Source: an uncultured Candidatus Saccharibacteria bacterium (GTDB taxonomy: Bacteria > Patescibacteriota > Minisyncoccia > 2-02-FULL-40-12 > GWA2-44-9). From it: DNA of 64,000 nt. Made by a program: the position numbers and the translations under genes. This document shows, piece after piece, positions 39,376 through 48,684 of the stretch; the first letter of the stretch is position 1; each line of letters begins with the position of its first letter. The notes beneath the pieces are model-generated. The model saw nothing but the letters and a program-made list of their open reading frames with translations, had not been told where the DNA came from and did not search any database. The stretch lies in contig CAYZRE010000001.1 in the NCBI GenBank assembly GCA_964479835.1, forward strand, positions 31,630 through 95,629, read 5' to 3'.

Positions 39376-40314
39376 TCATTTTGTTTTTCCGGCAGACTTC
39401 AAGAATTTGTTTACCAGCCTTCGGGCATGAGCAGTGTTTTTTATCCTGACAATGTCGGGATTCTTACGCCACCAGGTGAGTTGGCGTTTTGCGTAGGCGA
39501 TAATGTCGCGCAGGAGCCCGTCGCGCATCGCTACGAGGTTCAACCTCCTCTGCTGCCGAGGTTGAACCTCGGCAGACTGCAGATACTGCGCGACCCAGCG
39601 ATACTCGAGGCCCAACACTTCAAGGCGCTTCCATGAGACACCGCTTTTGTGTAGACGATGAACCTCAGCAAGCATGCCATGTTTAAGCCGGGCATCCAAC
39701 CGCTTCCGGATACGGAGTTTGAGTTGTGCCACAGGGAGCGAAATGCCCAGATATAACGGCTCATACGGTGAGCCGTTTATCCTTTTGGGCACCGGACGGC
39801 CGGTAGTAAGGACGATTTCCAGTGCACGGATGAGGCGGACAGGGTTGTGACGGTCGATGGTCGCAGCGCGGGCGGGGTCGAGCTTCTCAAGGCGCGCAAA
39901 GAGCTGTGCCGAGGACAGTTGCCGCAGCTTAGCGCGTAGTTTCGCATTTGGTCTCACTGCGGGCAGGGAGAGGTCATACACGAGCGCATCTATCCAAAAT
40001 CCCGTACCGCCACAGATGATGGGGAGTTTGCCACGACGCACGATATCTCGGACGGCCTTCTGCGCCTTGCGCTTAAAGCGGGCCACAGAATACTGACGGG
40101 TAGGGGAGGCGACATCTAACAGCCAATGACGCACCAGTTCCTGCTCGCGTTTTGTGACTTTGCCCGTGCCGATATCCATGCCACGGTACACCTGCCGTGA
40201 ATCGGCGGAGATGATTTCTCCATTGAATCTTCGGGCCAGCGCAATCGCTATATCAGATTTTCCTGAAGCGGTGGGGCCTGAAATCACTACTATCTTCACC
40301 TTATCGGACGCCAT
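39376..40314 (-). CDS. miaA: tRNA dimethylallyltransferase
   Basis: GPTASGKS, SADSRQVY.GMDIGTGK and YAKRQ.TW motifs; start moved to 40314. Confidence 0.96.
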   Translation of the reverse strand: MASDKVKIVVISGPTASGKSDIAIALARRFNGEIISADSRQVYRGMDIGTGKVTKREQELVRHWLLDVASPTRQYSVARFKRKAQKAVRDIVRRGKLPIICGGTGFWIDALVYDLSLPAVRPNAKLRAKLRQLSSAQLFARLEKLDPARAATIDRHNPVRLIRALEIVLTTGRPVPKRINGSPYEPLYLGISLPVAQLKLRIRKRLDARLKHGMLAEVHRLHKSGVSWKRLEVLGLEYRWVAQYLQSAEVQPRQQRRLNLVAMRDGLLRDIIAYAKRQLTWWRKNPDIVRIKNTAHARRLVNKFLKSAGKTK

Positions 40315-42049
40315 CCGATTTCGCCGCGATTTCTTTTTTGAGATTCGAGATGAACTGGTCAAGCGACATCTGTCCCAAGTCCTCGCCGCCGCGTTTGCGT
40401 ACCGACACAACCCCTGCGGCGATGTCTTTGTCGCCCAGTATCACGGCGTAGGGAACTTTCATCGTCTCGGTAGCGCGGATCTTCTTTCCGATGGTCTCTT
40501 TTGCGTCATCCACCTGAACGCGGATACCCGCAAGCAGCAGCTCGGGGAGCAGTGCATGCGCGGCGTCGCTATGTTTATCGGAGATGGGAAGTACTGCCAC
40601 CTGAACAGGGGACAGCCATAACGGAAGTGCGCCTGCGGTGTGCTCGATGAGCACTGCCATAAACCGCTCGAGGGAGCCCATAATGGCCGCATGAATCATT
40701 ACGATGCGCTCCTTCTCTGCTTTTTCGTTGGTGCAGGTGAGGTCAAAGCGCTCCGGCATGTTCATGTCGAGCTGAATCGTGGCAACCTGATGCTCGCGCC
40801 CGATGGCGTCGCGCCCCATGAAATCAAGTTTCGGACCGTAGAACGCAGCCTCACCAAGGCCGTCGATAGCATCAATATTTTTGTCGGAAACAATGGAGTG
40901 AAGTATCTCTTCAGCAGCTTCCCAATTAGCGGCGTTACCCAGATATTTCTCCGGCTGTGCAGGGTCGCGCAGAGACAACCGCACGCGCAGGGGGATACTA
41001 AACGCACCGTAGAATTCGTGAATGATATCCCATATCTTGAGGGCTTCCTCTTTCACCTGACTCATACGGCAAAACACATGGGCATCGTCCTGTGTGATTG
41101 AGCGTACGCGTGTAATGCCGGCGAGTTCGCCGGACTGTTCGTCGCGGTACACCATGGTTGTGTTTGCGTATCGCTGGGGAAGCTCGCGGTAGCTGTGAGG
41201 ACGGCGTGCGTAGATTTGTGCGTGGTGCGGGCAGTTCATGGGCTTCATGGCAAACTCATGCCCCTCGCGCGTGGTGATGCGGAACAGGTCATCTTTGTAT
41301 TTTTCCCAGTGGCCACTTTTCTCGTATAGCTCTTTTTTCGTGATGTGCGGGATTTCGACGCGCTCGTATCCGCGGGCGCGGCGCAATGACCAGACGAAAT
41401 CGTCCAGTAAGTTGCGTACCAGGGTGCCACGGGGAGTCCACAGCGGCAGACCGGAGCCGACCAATTCGGAGAAGGTAAACAGGTCGAGTTGGAGACCCAG
41501 CACTTTGTGGTCGCGCTTTTTTGCCTCCTCTATCATGGTGACATGCGCGTTCAGCGCTTCGGCGGTCTCAAACGCATAGCCGTAGATGCGGGTGAGCATG
41601 GTGTTCTTCTCGTCGCCCCGCCAATACGCGCCGGCAACCTTATCGAGCTTGAACGATGCTGGGTCGATAGAGGATGGGTCGTCGACATGACCTCCGCGGC
41701 ATAGGTCGGTGAAGTCTCCCGAGGTGTACAGCGTTATTTTTTCGCCTTTGGCGGCAATCTCTTCAATCAGTTCGAGCTTGTAGGGGTTGCCGTTGAAAAG
41801 CGAGCGTGCCTGGTCGGCCGACACCTCTTTGTGTAAAAAGGATTTCCAGGAGGGCAGTAGTTTCTTCATGGTCGCTTCGATGCGGGTCAAATCCTCGTCG
41901 CTGATGGGTTTGGAGAATTCGAAATCGTAGTAAAAACCGGTGTCGATGGCGGGTCCGATAGTGGGCTTTGCGTCCGGGTGCAACTCCGTAACAGCCGCGG
42001 CGAGCAGGTGGGCCAACGAGTGACGGATGTGTTCGATGTTCTGTGCCAT
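40301..42049 (-). CDS. thrS: threonyl-tRNA synthetase (no N-terminal TGS domain)
   Basis: RHSLAH, DLCRGGH, KPMNCP, QDDAH and AFYGPK motifs. Confidence 0.98.
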   Translation of the reverse strand: MAQNIEHIRHSLAHLLAAAVTELHPDAKPTIGPAIDTGFYYDFEFSKPISDEDLTRIEATMKKLLPSWKSFLHKEVSADQARSLFNGNPYKLELIEEIAAKGEKITLYTSGDFTDLCRGGHVDDPSSIDPASFKLDKVAGAYWRGDEKNTMLTRIYGYAFETAEALNAHVTMIEEAKKRDHKVLGLQLDLFTFSELVGSGLPLWTPRGTLVRNLLDDFVWSLRRARGYERVEIPHITKKELYEKSGHWEKYKDDLFRITTREGHEFAMKPMNCPHHAQIYARRPHSYRELPQRYANTTMVYRDEQSGELAGITRVRSITQDDAHVFCRMSQVKEEALKIWDIIHEFYGAFSIPLRVRLSLRDPAQPEKYLGNAANWEAAEEILHSIVSDKNIDAIDGLGEAAFYGPKLDFMGRDAIGREHQVATIQLDMNMPERFDLTCTNEKAEKERIVMIHAAIMGSLERFMAVLIEHTAGALPLWLSPVQVAVLPISDKHSDAAHALLPELLLAGIRVQVDDAKETIGKKIRATETMKVPYAVILGDKDIAAGVVSVRKRGGEDLGQMSLDQFISNLKKEIAAKSDGVR

Positions 42050-42090
42050 AGGCGCAGAATATCAGATATTACGGCCCTCGCAAAGACTCC

Positions 42091-42120
42091 TTGACAAAAG
42101 CATTTAACCCGTGATATTAT
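42091..42120 (+). promoter_or_regulatory. near-consensus sigma70 promoter
   Basis: TTGACA-18 nt-TATTAT with extended TG. Confidence 0.7.
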
Positions 42121-42196
42121 TGAGACTCAAGGCCGCCACTCACGTGCCATGAGAGGCAGGGCCATTAATGATATCTGACAGAGGAGGACACTAGGA

Positions 42197-42232
42197 ATGG
42201 CGCCATTGCTTCCGAACAGTCCACCGGGCTAA
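42197..42232 (+). CDS. candidate 11-aa micropeptide MAPLLPNSPPG
   Basis: GAGGAGG SD 9 nt upstream; sits between a promoter and a terminator. Confidence 0.4.
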   Translation: MAPLLPNSPPG

Positions 42233-42237
42233 CAACG

Positions 42238-42270
42238 ACGGGGAGCGCTGAGGTCAGCGCTCCCCGTTTT
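42238..42270. terminator. strong terminator (T-run on +; convergent with the dnaE end)
   Basis: ACGGGGAGCGCTGA-gg-TCAGCGCTCCCCGT-TTT. Confidence 0.8.
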
Positions 42271-42271
42271 C

Positions 42272-45200
42272 TTATGCAACGATGGCGATTGGCTTCGCGG
42301 TGTCACAGAGCAGTTTGAGGTTACCGTCGCGGTTATCGAGTTTGCCGGACAACACGACCACCGTGTTGGGGGCCCAAGCGTTCGGGGACTTCTCCAGTAC
42401 GGAAGGGAAGACGACCACTTCAATTTTCGCCGTGATGTCTTCGATGATTGAGAACAGCATCGGTTTGCCGGTTTTGGTGAGGATTTTCTTTGTACTGGTG
42501 ATAAGACCGGCGATTTTTGCCTGCGAGCCGGGGATTGGCTTGAGATCTTTGATGGCCGTCGGCCGCTCAAGAGCAAGGCGTGCTTGATATTCGCTTAATG
42601 GATGTTCGCTGATGTACAGACCAATGAGTTCTTTTTCCCACCGGAGACGGTCGGCTTTCGCTGCGGGCTCAGCGGGCGTCAGTTTCACGGGCGGCAGTTC
42701 TGCTTGCATGGCCTCCCCGAATAGACTGACCTGTCCCATTGTGGAGTGTCTTTGCTTTTCTTTTGCGTGAATGAGGAGGGTCTCGATATTCGCCAGCAGT
42801 GTATTGCGTTCACCCATACTGTCGAGTGCGCCGCATTTTGCGAGCGTCTCCAGCGCTTTGCGGGACATGTCTTTATGCTGGACGCGGACAATTAAATCTT
42901 CGATGTCCGCGAATGGTCCGTTGGTGCGACGCTCTTGGATGATGGCACCGACCACGGACGCGCCGATATTCTTGACGGCAGTGAGCCCGAACCGTAGTGA
43001 TGGCTTTTCCGCTGTGCCGATGACGGTGAACCGCTCGGCACTTTCGTTGATGTCGGGGGGTAACACCTGAATATCCATCTGCCGCGCTTCATCTATGAGA
43101 AACGCAACGCGTTCAATGTCGCCGGTTTCCGAATTCATGAATGACGCCATGAATTCGTTCGGATAGTTTGCTTTCAGATACGCAGTCTGGTACGCAATCA
43201 TGCCATAGCAAGCCGCATGTGCTCGGTTGAATCCATAACTGGCGAACGGTTCTATGAAATTCCACACCTGTTCTGCGAGTGCGCGCGAGTGTCCGATAGT
43301 GACCGCGCCCTGACAGAATTTTTCTTTTTGTTCGTCCAAAAGTGACCGTATCTTTTTGCCCACTGCTTTACGCAGGATGTCTGCTTCTGCATAGGTGAAT
43401 CCGGCGAATGTGCGGGCAACCTGGAGCACCTGGTCCTGAGTAACGATAACTCCGTAGGAATCTTTTAGAACGGGCTCCAGAGAAGGGTGCAGGTAGGTGA
43501 CGCGCTTACGGCCGTGCTTGGCGTCAATGAAATCAGGAATGGCGTCCATCGGACCCGGTCGGTACAGCGCGACCATAGAGAGGATGTCTTCAAACTCCGT
43601 GGGTTTGAGTTCTTTGAGGTACCGCTTCATGCCGGACGATTCCAATTGGAACACGCCCGTGGTCTGTGCTTTCTGCAGGAGCTCGAATGCCTTGGGGTCA
43701 TCCATCGGGATAGTATCTATATCAATCGAGACGCCGAGGTTGGACCGGACCATGTTCACGGTATCCTCAATGATGGTGAGGTTGGAGAGACCCAAGAAAT
43801 CCATCTTCAACAATCCCAAGTCTTCGACCGCGTGCATTTCGTACTGGGTGATGATGTCGTTCTCGTTCGTGCCCATCTGAAGCGGCACATATTCGGTAAG
43901 TGGTTGTGGCGTGATGACCACCGCGCAGGCGTGCGTGGACGCGTGTCTCGCCACGCCTTCGAGTTTGCATGCCGCGTCGATGAGTGCTTTTGCCTGGGTG
44001 TCGGTGTGGTAGAGCCGAGTGACCTCTTCAACATTCTCCACGCAGTACTGGAGAAACGGTTTGCCGGTGCGCTTACCCGGATAGTCGGGAATAGGACCGG
44101 CCGGGATAATCTTGGCGATGGAATCACAGAAATCATAGGTGTATCCCAGAGCGCGGCCGGCATCACGGATACTGCCCCGGGCGGCCATGGTGCCGAAGGT
44201 AATGACTTGGGCGACATGATCTTTGCCGTACTTGTCTACAACATACTGGAGCACTTCGCCGCGCCGCGCATCGGCGAAATCAAGGTCAATATCCGGCATA
44301 CTGATGCGCTCGGGGTTCAGAAAGCGTTCAAAAATAAGATTGTATTTGATGGGGTCAACATTCGTGATGTTCAGGGCGTAGGTCACGAGACTTCCGGCGG
44401 CAGAACCTCTGCCCGGACCGACTAAGATACCCTGTTGCTTTGCCCAGTTCACGAAATCTTGGACGATAAGGAAGTAAGACGAAAAGCCCGTCTCTTTGAT
44501 AACTCCCAGTTCGTAGTCCAACCGTTCAGTGATACTTGGCGCAAGTTTCTTTCCGTATCTTCGTTGTGCGCCCTCGTATGCCAGGACTTTGAGATAATCA
44601 TACGCGTCCCTGTAGCCCTTGGGCAGCGCATACGGCGGCAGTTTTGTTTTCCCCAACTCAATAACCAGATTACAGCGATCGGCGATGGCGGTCGTATTCG
44701 CGAATGCCTCGGTAGTCACATCCGCCGGCAGAGAAGCGAACTTTTCTCGCATGGTCTCTTCGGAGCAGAAGGAAAAATCATCCTGATTCATGGAGAACCG
44801 CTTTTCATCGTGAATCGTGTTGCCCGTCTGCACCGCAAGCAGAATGTCGTGCGCTTTGGCATCTTCGGGGAGGCAGTAGTGTGAATCTTGACTCGCGACA
44901 AGTCCGATGCCCAGCTCGCGGGCGAGTGCGACGAGCTTGGGCGTCATCTCGTTTTGCTCCGGCATGTTGGTGTGCTGCTGCAGTTCAATGTAGAAGTTGT
45001 CGGGCCCCATGATATCGCGGTACTCGGACGCTATGCGACGAGCTTTCTCGTCAGCACCTGCCGCCAGCGCGCGCGATATCTCTCCGCCAAGACAACTTGA
45101 TAACGCGATGAGACCCTCGTGGTGTTCGCGCAGAAGTTGTTTGTCGATGCGCGGCTTGTAGTAGAACCCTTCCAGATGCGCCGCGGTGACGAGTTTCACG

Positions 45201-45514
45201 AGATTACGGTACCCGGTTTCATCTTTGGCTAACAGGATGAGATGCCAGCGTTTGTCGGTATCAATACCGGGGCGTTTGTCATGTCGCGTCGTGTCGGTGA
45301 TGTACATCTCGCACCCGATGATGGGCTTGATGCCGGCCTTCGTCGCTTTTTTATAAAATTCGATGGCACCATAGAGCACGCCGTGATCGGTCAGCGCCAT
45401 GGCGGTCATGCCGTGCTCTTTCGCGCGCTTTACCAGTGCATCGATTTTTGAGAGCCCATCCAAAAGCGAGTAGTGCGAATGCGTGTGCAGATGAACGAAT
45501 GGTGAGGTGGGCAT
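42272..45514 (-). CDS. dnaE: DNA polymerase III alpha subunit
   Basis: HLHTHSHYSLLDG PHP domain, GRGSAAGS, PDIDLDF, KMDFLGL, OB fold. Confidence 0.98.
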   Translation of the reverse strand: MPTSPFVHLHTHSHYSLLDGLSKIDALVKRAKEHGMTAMALTDHGVLYGAIEFYKKATKAGIKPIIGCEMYITDTTRHDKRPGIDTDKRWHLILLAKDETGYRNLVKLVTAAHLEGFYYKPRIDKQLLREHHEGLIALSSCLGGEISRALAAGADEKARRIASEYRDIMGPDNFYIELQQHTNMPEQNEMTPKLVALARELGIGLVASQDSHYCLPEDAKAHDILLAVQTGNTIHDEKRFSMNQDDFSFCSEETMREKFASLPADVTTEAFANTTAIADRCNLVIELGKTKLPPYALPKGYRDAYDYLKVLAYEGAQRRYGKKLAPSITERLDYELGVIKETGFSSYFLIVQDFVNWAKQQGILVGPGRGSAAGSLVTYALNITNVDPIKYNLIFERFLNPERISMPDIDLDFADARRGEVLQYVVDKYGKDHVAQVITFGTMAARGSIRDAGRALGYTYDFCDSIAKIIPAGPIPDYPGKRTGKPFLQYCVENVEEVTRLYHTDTQAKALIDAACKLEGVARHASTHACAVVITPQPLTEYVPLQMGTNENDIITQYEMHAVEDLGLLKMDFLGLSNLTIIEDTVNMVRSNLGVSIDIDTIPMDDPKAFELLQKAQTTGVFQLESSGMKRYLKELKPTEFEDILSMVALYRPGPMDAIPDFIDAKHGRKRVTYLHPSLEPVLKDSYGVIVTQDQVLQVARTFAGFTYAEADILRKAVGKKIRSLLDEQKEKFCQGAVTIGHSRALAEQVWNFIEPFASYGFNRAHAACYGMIAYQTAYLKANYPNEFMASFMNSETGDIERVAFLIDEARQMDIQVLPPDINESAERFTVIGTAEKPSLRFGLTAVKNIGASVVGAIIQERRTNGPFADIEDLIVRVQHKDMSRKALETLAKCGALDSMGERNTLLANIETLLIHAKEKQRHSTMGQVSLFGEAMQAELPPVKLTPAEPAAKADRLRWEKELIGLYISEHPLSEYQARLALERPTAIKDLKPIPGSQAKIAGLITSTKKILTKTGKPMLFSIIEDITAKIEVVVFPSVLEKSPNAWAPNTVVVLSGKLDNRDGNLKLLCDTAKPIAIVA

Positions 45515-45627
45515 GTCGATCAGGTGAAACAAAATCCCTGCGGGCAGGGAATAACAAATTTGCAGGGGCGGCGGACCATGGAGGCATTGTAGTCCTATGT
45601 GGGGCAGGTCTCAATGTGGATAGTTTT

Positions 45628-45657
45628 TCGTCGCCGCGACGTCCTGTCGAGGACTAC
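45628..45657 (-). repeat. GTAG-type REP-like palindrome, copy 2
   Basis: Matches 33268-33297; an inverted partial partner ATTGTAGTCCT lies at 45587-45597. Confidence 0.75.
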
Positions 45658-45747
45658 AATTGAGGCTATTGCATCGCGTCTTTTTTTGTGGTATTCTCAT
45701 CCGGCAGTTTTGCCCACGGGGGCGTACTAATATATACTGAAAACGAC

Positions 45748-45969
45748 ATGGGAGTTCCACGACACCATATGGCCAAGGGAAAGCAGCTGCGCCGTCGCAG
45801 CCACTTGGCGTTGAAAAAGCAGGTACTTATCGCCTGCAAGCAGTGCAAAAAGATGGGCAGACCGCACACGGTGTGCAAGTACTGCGGATACTACAAGGGT
45901 CGCGAGGTGGTCAATGTGCTGGCGAAGCAGATGAAGAAGGCAGAGAAGAAGAAGCATCAGGCGAAATAG
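45748..45969 (+). CDS. rpmF: 50S ribosomal protein L32
   Basis: MGVP...RRRSH, CxxC...HTVCxxCGYYKG. Confidence 0.95.
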   Translation: MGVPRHHMAKGKQLRRRSHLALKKQVLIACKQCKKMGRPHTVCKYCGYYKGREVVNVLAKQMKKAEKKKHQAK

Positions 45970-46013
45970 GTTCGAGATCGGTTTGTGAGGAGGGTCGGTT
46001 CCTTATTTAACTT

Positions 46014-46505
46014 ATGGCATCAAGACATCTGGCACGGTCGGTTGCGATGCAGTCCCTCTATGAGTGGGACTTCAAAAGTCGCAATAACGACCTGCTACCT
46101 GAAATCCTTGGGCATACGATTAAGGAGTTCGGCGAAGGGCTCGATGAGCCAGAATTCGTCGTCCAACTGGTGAAGGGGACGCTGGACCATGTTGATGAGA
46201 TTGACCGTATCATCGAGCGTGCCGCCCCGCAGTGGCCCATTGACCAGATTGCTATGGTTGACCGCAATGTACTGCGTCTCGGACTCTTTGAGCTGATGTG
46301 GGGCGATCGCGACGCGGTTCCGCCCAAGGTTGCCATCAATGAGGCCATCGAGCTGGCAAAATCATTCGGTGGCGAGTCCAGCGGCAGGTTCATCAATGGA
46401 GTGCTTGGAACCGTGTACAAAGAAATGGGTGAACCGGGCAAAGACGATGCTCCACCGCGCAAAAAGGAAGAAGAAAAGCCCCTAGAACTTTCAGAAGAAT
46501 CATAA
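46014..46505 (+). CDS. nusB: transcription antitermination factor NusB
   Basis: [24 protein letters not shown] and FINGVL motifs. Confidence 0.97.
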   Translation: MASRHLARSVAMQSLYEWDFKSRNNDLLPEILGHTIKEFGEGLDEPEFVVQLVKGTLDHVDEIDRIIERAAPQWPIDQIAMVDRNVLRLGLFELMWGDRDAVPPKVAINEAIELAKSFGGESSGRFINGVLGTVYKEMGEPGKDDAPPRKKEEEKPLELSEES

Positions 46506-46572
46506 TCACTTGGCCATAGACCAAGCATGGAGGCGATGCCGCCGTGCGTGATGTGTGGCTGGGCGTCACGAG

Positions 46573-47274
46573 ATGTCGAGTCAGAAGCTGGCGCCTCTTC
46601 AGGAGCGCATCGGATATTCGTTTAAAAACTCCAAACTGTTGGAGCAAGCATTGACGCACCGCTCGTATCTCAACGAGCATCCCGACTGGCCCATCGGCCA
46701 CAACGAACGACTGGAATTTTTGGGAGATGCGGTGTTGGAACTTATCGTCACTGATTATCTGTACGAGAACTATCCGACGAACCCGGAAGGGGAAATGACC
46801 AACTGGCGCGCCGCGCTGGTGAACGCCAATATTCTCTCGGAAATTACCGCGGATTTCGGACTCAACGACTTTATGTTGCTTTCACGCGGAGAAGCTCGCG
46901 ACATGGGACGGGCACGGCAGTATATTCTGGCGAATGCCATCGAGGCGCTCATCGGCGCGATGTACCTCGACGGCGGGTACGAGCCCTGCAAAGCATTTGT
47001 CACTAAATTTGTGCTCGTCCGTCTTGCCGATATTATCTCAAAAAAGTCATACCGCGATTCGAAATCGCTCCTGCAGGAACAGGCGCAAGACCGCATCGGC
47101 GTGACACCAACCTACCGAGTGACCGAAGAGTGGGGGCCAGACCATGCCCGGCAGTTCAAAATCGGTGTGTATCTGGGCAAGGAACATGTGGGCGAGGGAC
47201 AGGGCGAGAGTAAACAAGATGCGCAACAGGCGGCGGCTGAAGACGCTCTGCGCAACAAGGGTTGGAGGGGATAA
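46573..47274 (+). CDS. rnc: ribonuclease III
   Basis: ALTHRS, NERLEFLGDAVL and a dsRBD. Confidence 0.98.
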   Translation: MSSQKLAPLQERIGYSFKNSKLLEQALTHRSYLNEHPDWPIGHNERLEFLGDAVLELIVTDYLYENYPTNPEGEMTNWRAALVNANILSEITADFGLNDFMLLSRGEARDMGRARQYILANAIEALIGAMYLDGGYEPCKAFVTKFVLVRLADIISKKSYRDSKSLLQEQAQDRIGVTPTYRVTEEWGPDHARQFKIGVYLGKEHVGEGQGESKQDAQQAAAEDALRNKGWRG

Positions 47275-47285
47275 CTTATATATAA

Positions 47286-47657
47286 ATGGATACAATACCA
47301 ACTCCGATTTCCAACAATGACCCGCAACCCATAGAAGCAAGGTCGGGCTATTCTCGCTCGCGCATGTTTGCAATTGTGCTTCTTATTGCTCAATTATTCC
47401 TGATAGTACTATCAGCTTTGTTGGTGACCAGTGGACGAGGGCTACTCACGCTAGCCACCAGCTTCCTCATGACTCCTGTTACGCTGCTCGGGATTATTCT
47501 CTCCATTCGACTTATTGTAAAAGTAAGAGAAAGTCGCCTCCTCGGCTATGCCCTCCTGGTGCTATTTATTGCATTCTATTGGTATCAGTACGACATCGAG
47601 CATCTCCTTGTTGCCCAGTGGGATAACTATTATGAAAGCAGAACGAGGAGTTACTAA
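47286..47657 (+). CDS. small membrane protein
   Basis: 3 TM segments, AT-richer DNA. Confidence 0.7.
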   Translation: MDTIPTPISNNDPQPIEARSGYSRSRMFAIVLLIAQLFLIVLSALLVTSGRGLLTLATSFLMTPVTLLGIILSIRLIVKVRESRLLGYALLVLFIAFYWYQYDIEHLLVAQWDNYYESRTRSY

Positions 47658-47693
47658 AGAAAACGCCGCCCTCTTTCGGGGGCGGCGGTGGCG

Positions 47694-47960
47694 TTAGCGC
47701 CATTGCATGGTCAGGTCGGCGATGAGGCTGGTGTGGATGGAGACGATGATGGTCTTTTCCGGCGACTCCCACAGTAGAGTGACCACCTCGTCCCCGAACT
47801 TTAGCCGCGTCGGCGGCTTGAGTGCCAGGGTGGTCTCTCCGCCGATGTTGTCGATATGGTCGATGACATCGAAGGGGAAGATCCCACCGATGTTGCCGGG
47901 CCTCCAGCCACGGTCGTCCACGAGCTGGAGCGGCTTGGTGAACTTGATGAGGACCAGCAT
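47694..47960 (-). CDS. hypothetical protein (88 aa, MLVLIKF...)
   Basis: AAGGAG SD; ATG overlaps the upstream TAA (TAATG); terminator hairpin at 47662-47689. Confidence 0.7.
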   Translation of the reverse strand: MLVLIKFTKPLQLVDDRGWRPGNIGGIFPFDVIDHIDNIGGETTLALKPPTRLKFGDEVVTLLWESPEKTIIVSIHTSLIADLTMQWR

Positions 47961-48244
47961 TATCTCTCCTTGACCGTCAAATTGGCAGGGATGCGAATCT
48001 CGCGTTGTCTCGCTCCCGCGATGACGAGCGTTTTTCCGCGACACATCACTACCAGGTCCTCGAGGGCACATGCGGCCGATTCGGCCATGGCCAACGGGGG
48101 CTGCATGGTTTCCCTGAGCCAGAGGGTCGAGGAACCGTTCACGCAGTCGATTCGCAGATTCGCAACCCACTCCTTGGAAATGTGATGGAATTCGACGCGG
48201 ATGATGAGGCGTGCCTTGCGGGCGAACCTTTCGAGAGTGGTCAC
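47960..48244 (-). CDS. hypothetical protein (94 aa, GTG start, MTTLERF...)
   Basis: AAGGAAG SD, TTGCCA-17-TATGAT promoter upstream, coupled to the next gene. Confidence 0.65.
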   Translation of the reverse strand: MTTLERFARKARLIIRVEFHHISKEWVANLRIDCVNGSSTLWLRETMQPPLAMAESAACALEDLVVMCRGKTLVIAGARQREIRIPANLTVKER

Positions 48245-48345
48245 TGTGCACTTCCTTTCAATGAGCGACGATTTAATCATACCACATGAATGCGATAATG
48301 GCAAATACTTGCCTTTTCTGCGCATGTGGTGTAAGATAATGAACT

Positions 48346-48633
48346 ATGTTGATGATTCGTCTGCAACGCATCGGGAAAAAGAAACAAGCCCATTTTAAGG
48401 TGGTTGTGCTCGAGCACACCAAGAAACCCCAGGGCAAGTACCAGGAAATGCTCGGAACCTACGATCCCCGTGGTAAGGTGTTCAAGGCGGACCGCGAACG
48501 CGTTGAGGCCTGGATGGCCAAGGGCGCGCAGATTAGCCCAACCGTCAACAACCTCATGGTCAATTACAAGATATGGGACCGGCCGAAGATGGAGAGCTGG
48601 AAACCGAAGAAGAAAAAGGAAGAAAAGAAGTAA
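48346..48633 (+). CDS. rpsP: 30S ribosomal protein S16
   Basis: IRLQRIGKK, LGTYDP and W..KGAQ.S.TV motifs. Confidence 0.96.
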   Translation: MLMIRLQRIGKKKQAHFKVVVLEHTKKPQGKYQEMLGTYDPRGKVFKADRERVEAWMAKGAQISPTVNNLMVNYKIWDRPKMESWKPKKKKEEKK

Positions 48634-48684
48634 TACGAAAATCACAAGAGGGAGCCAAGGGGCTCCCTCTTGCTTTGAGAGACA

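Noticed and set aside
43487-44425. 312-aa antisense ORF inside dnaE, and other long antisense ORFs
   Set aside because: Shadow ORFs expected from codon bias in fairly GC-rich genes; no motifs.
47694-48325. Possible programmed frameshift joining two overlapping ORFs
   Set aside because: Better explained as two genes coupled by TAATG, each with its own SD.
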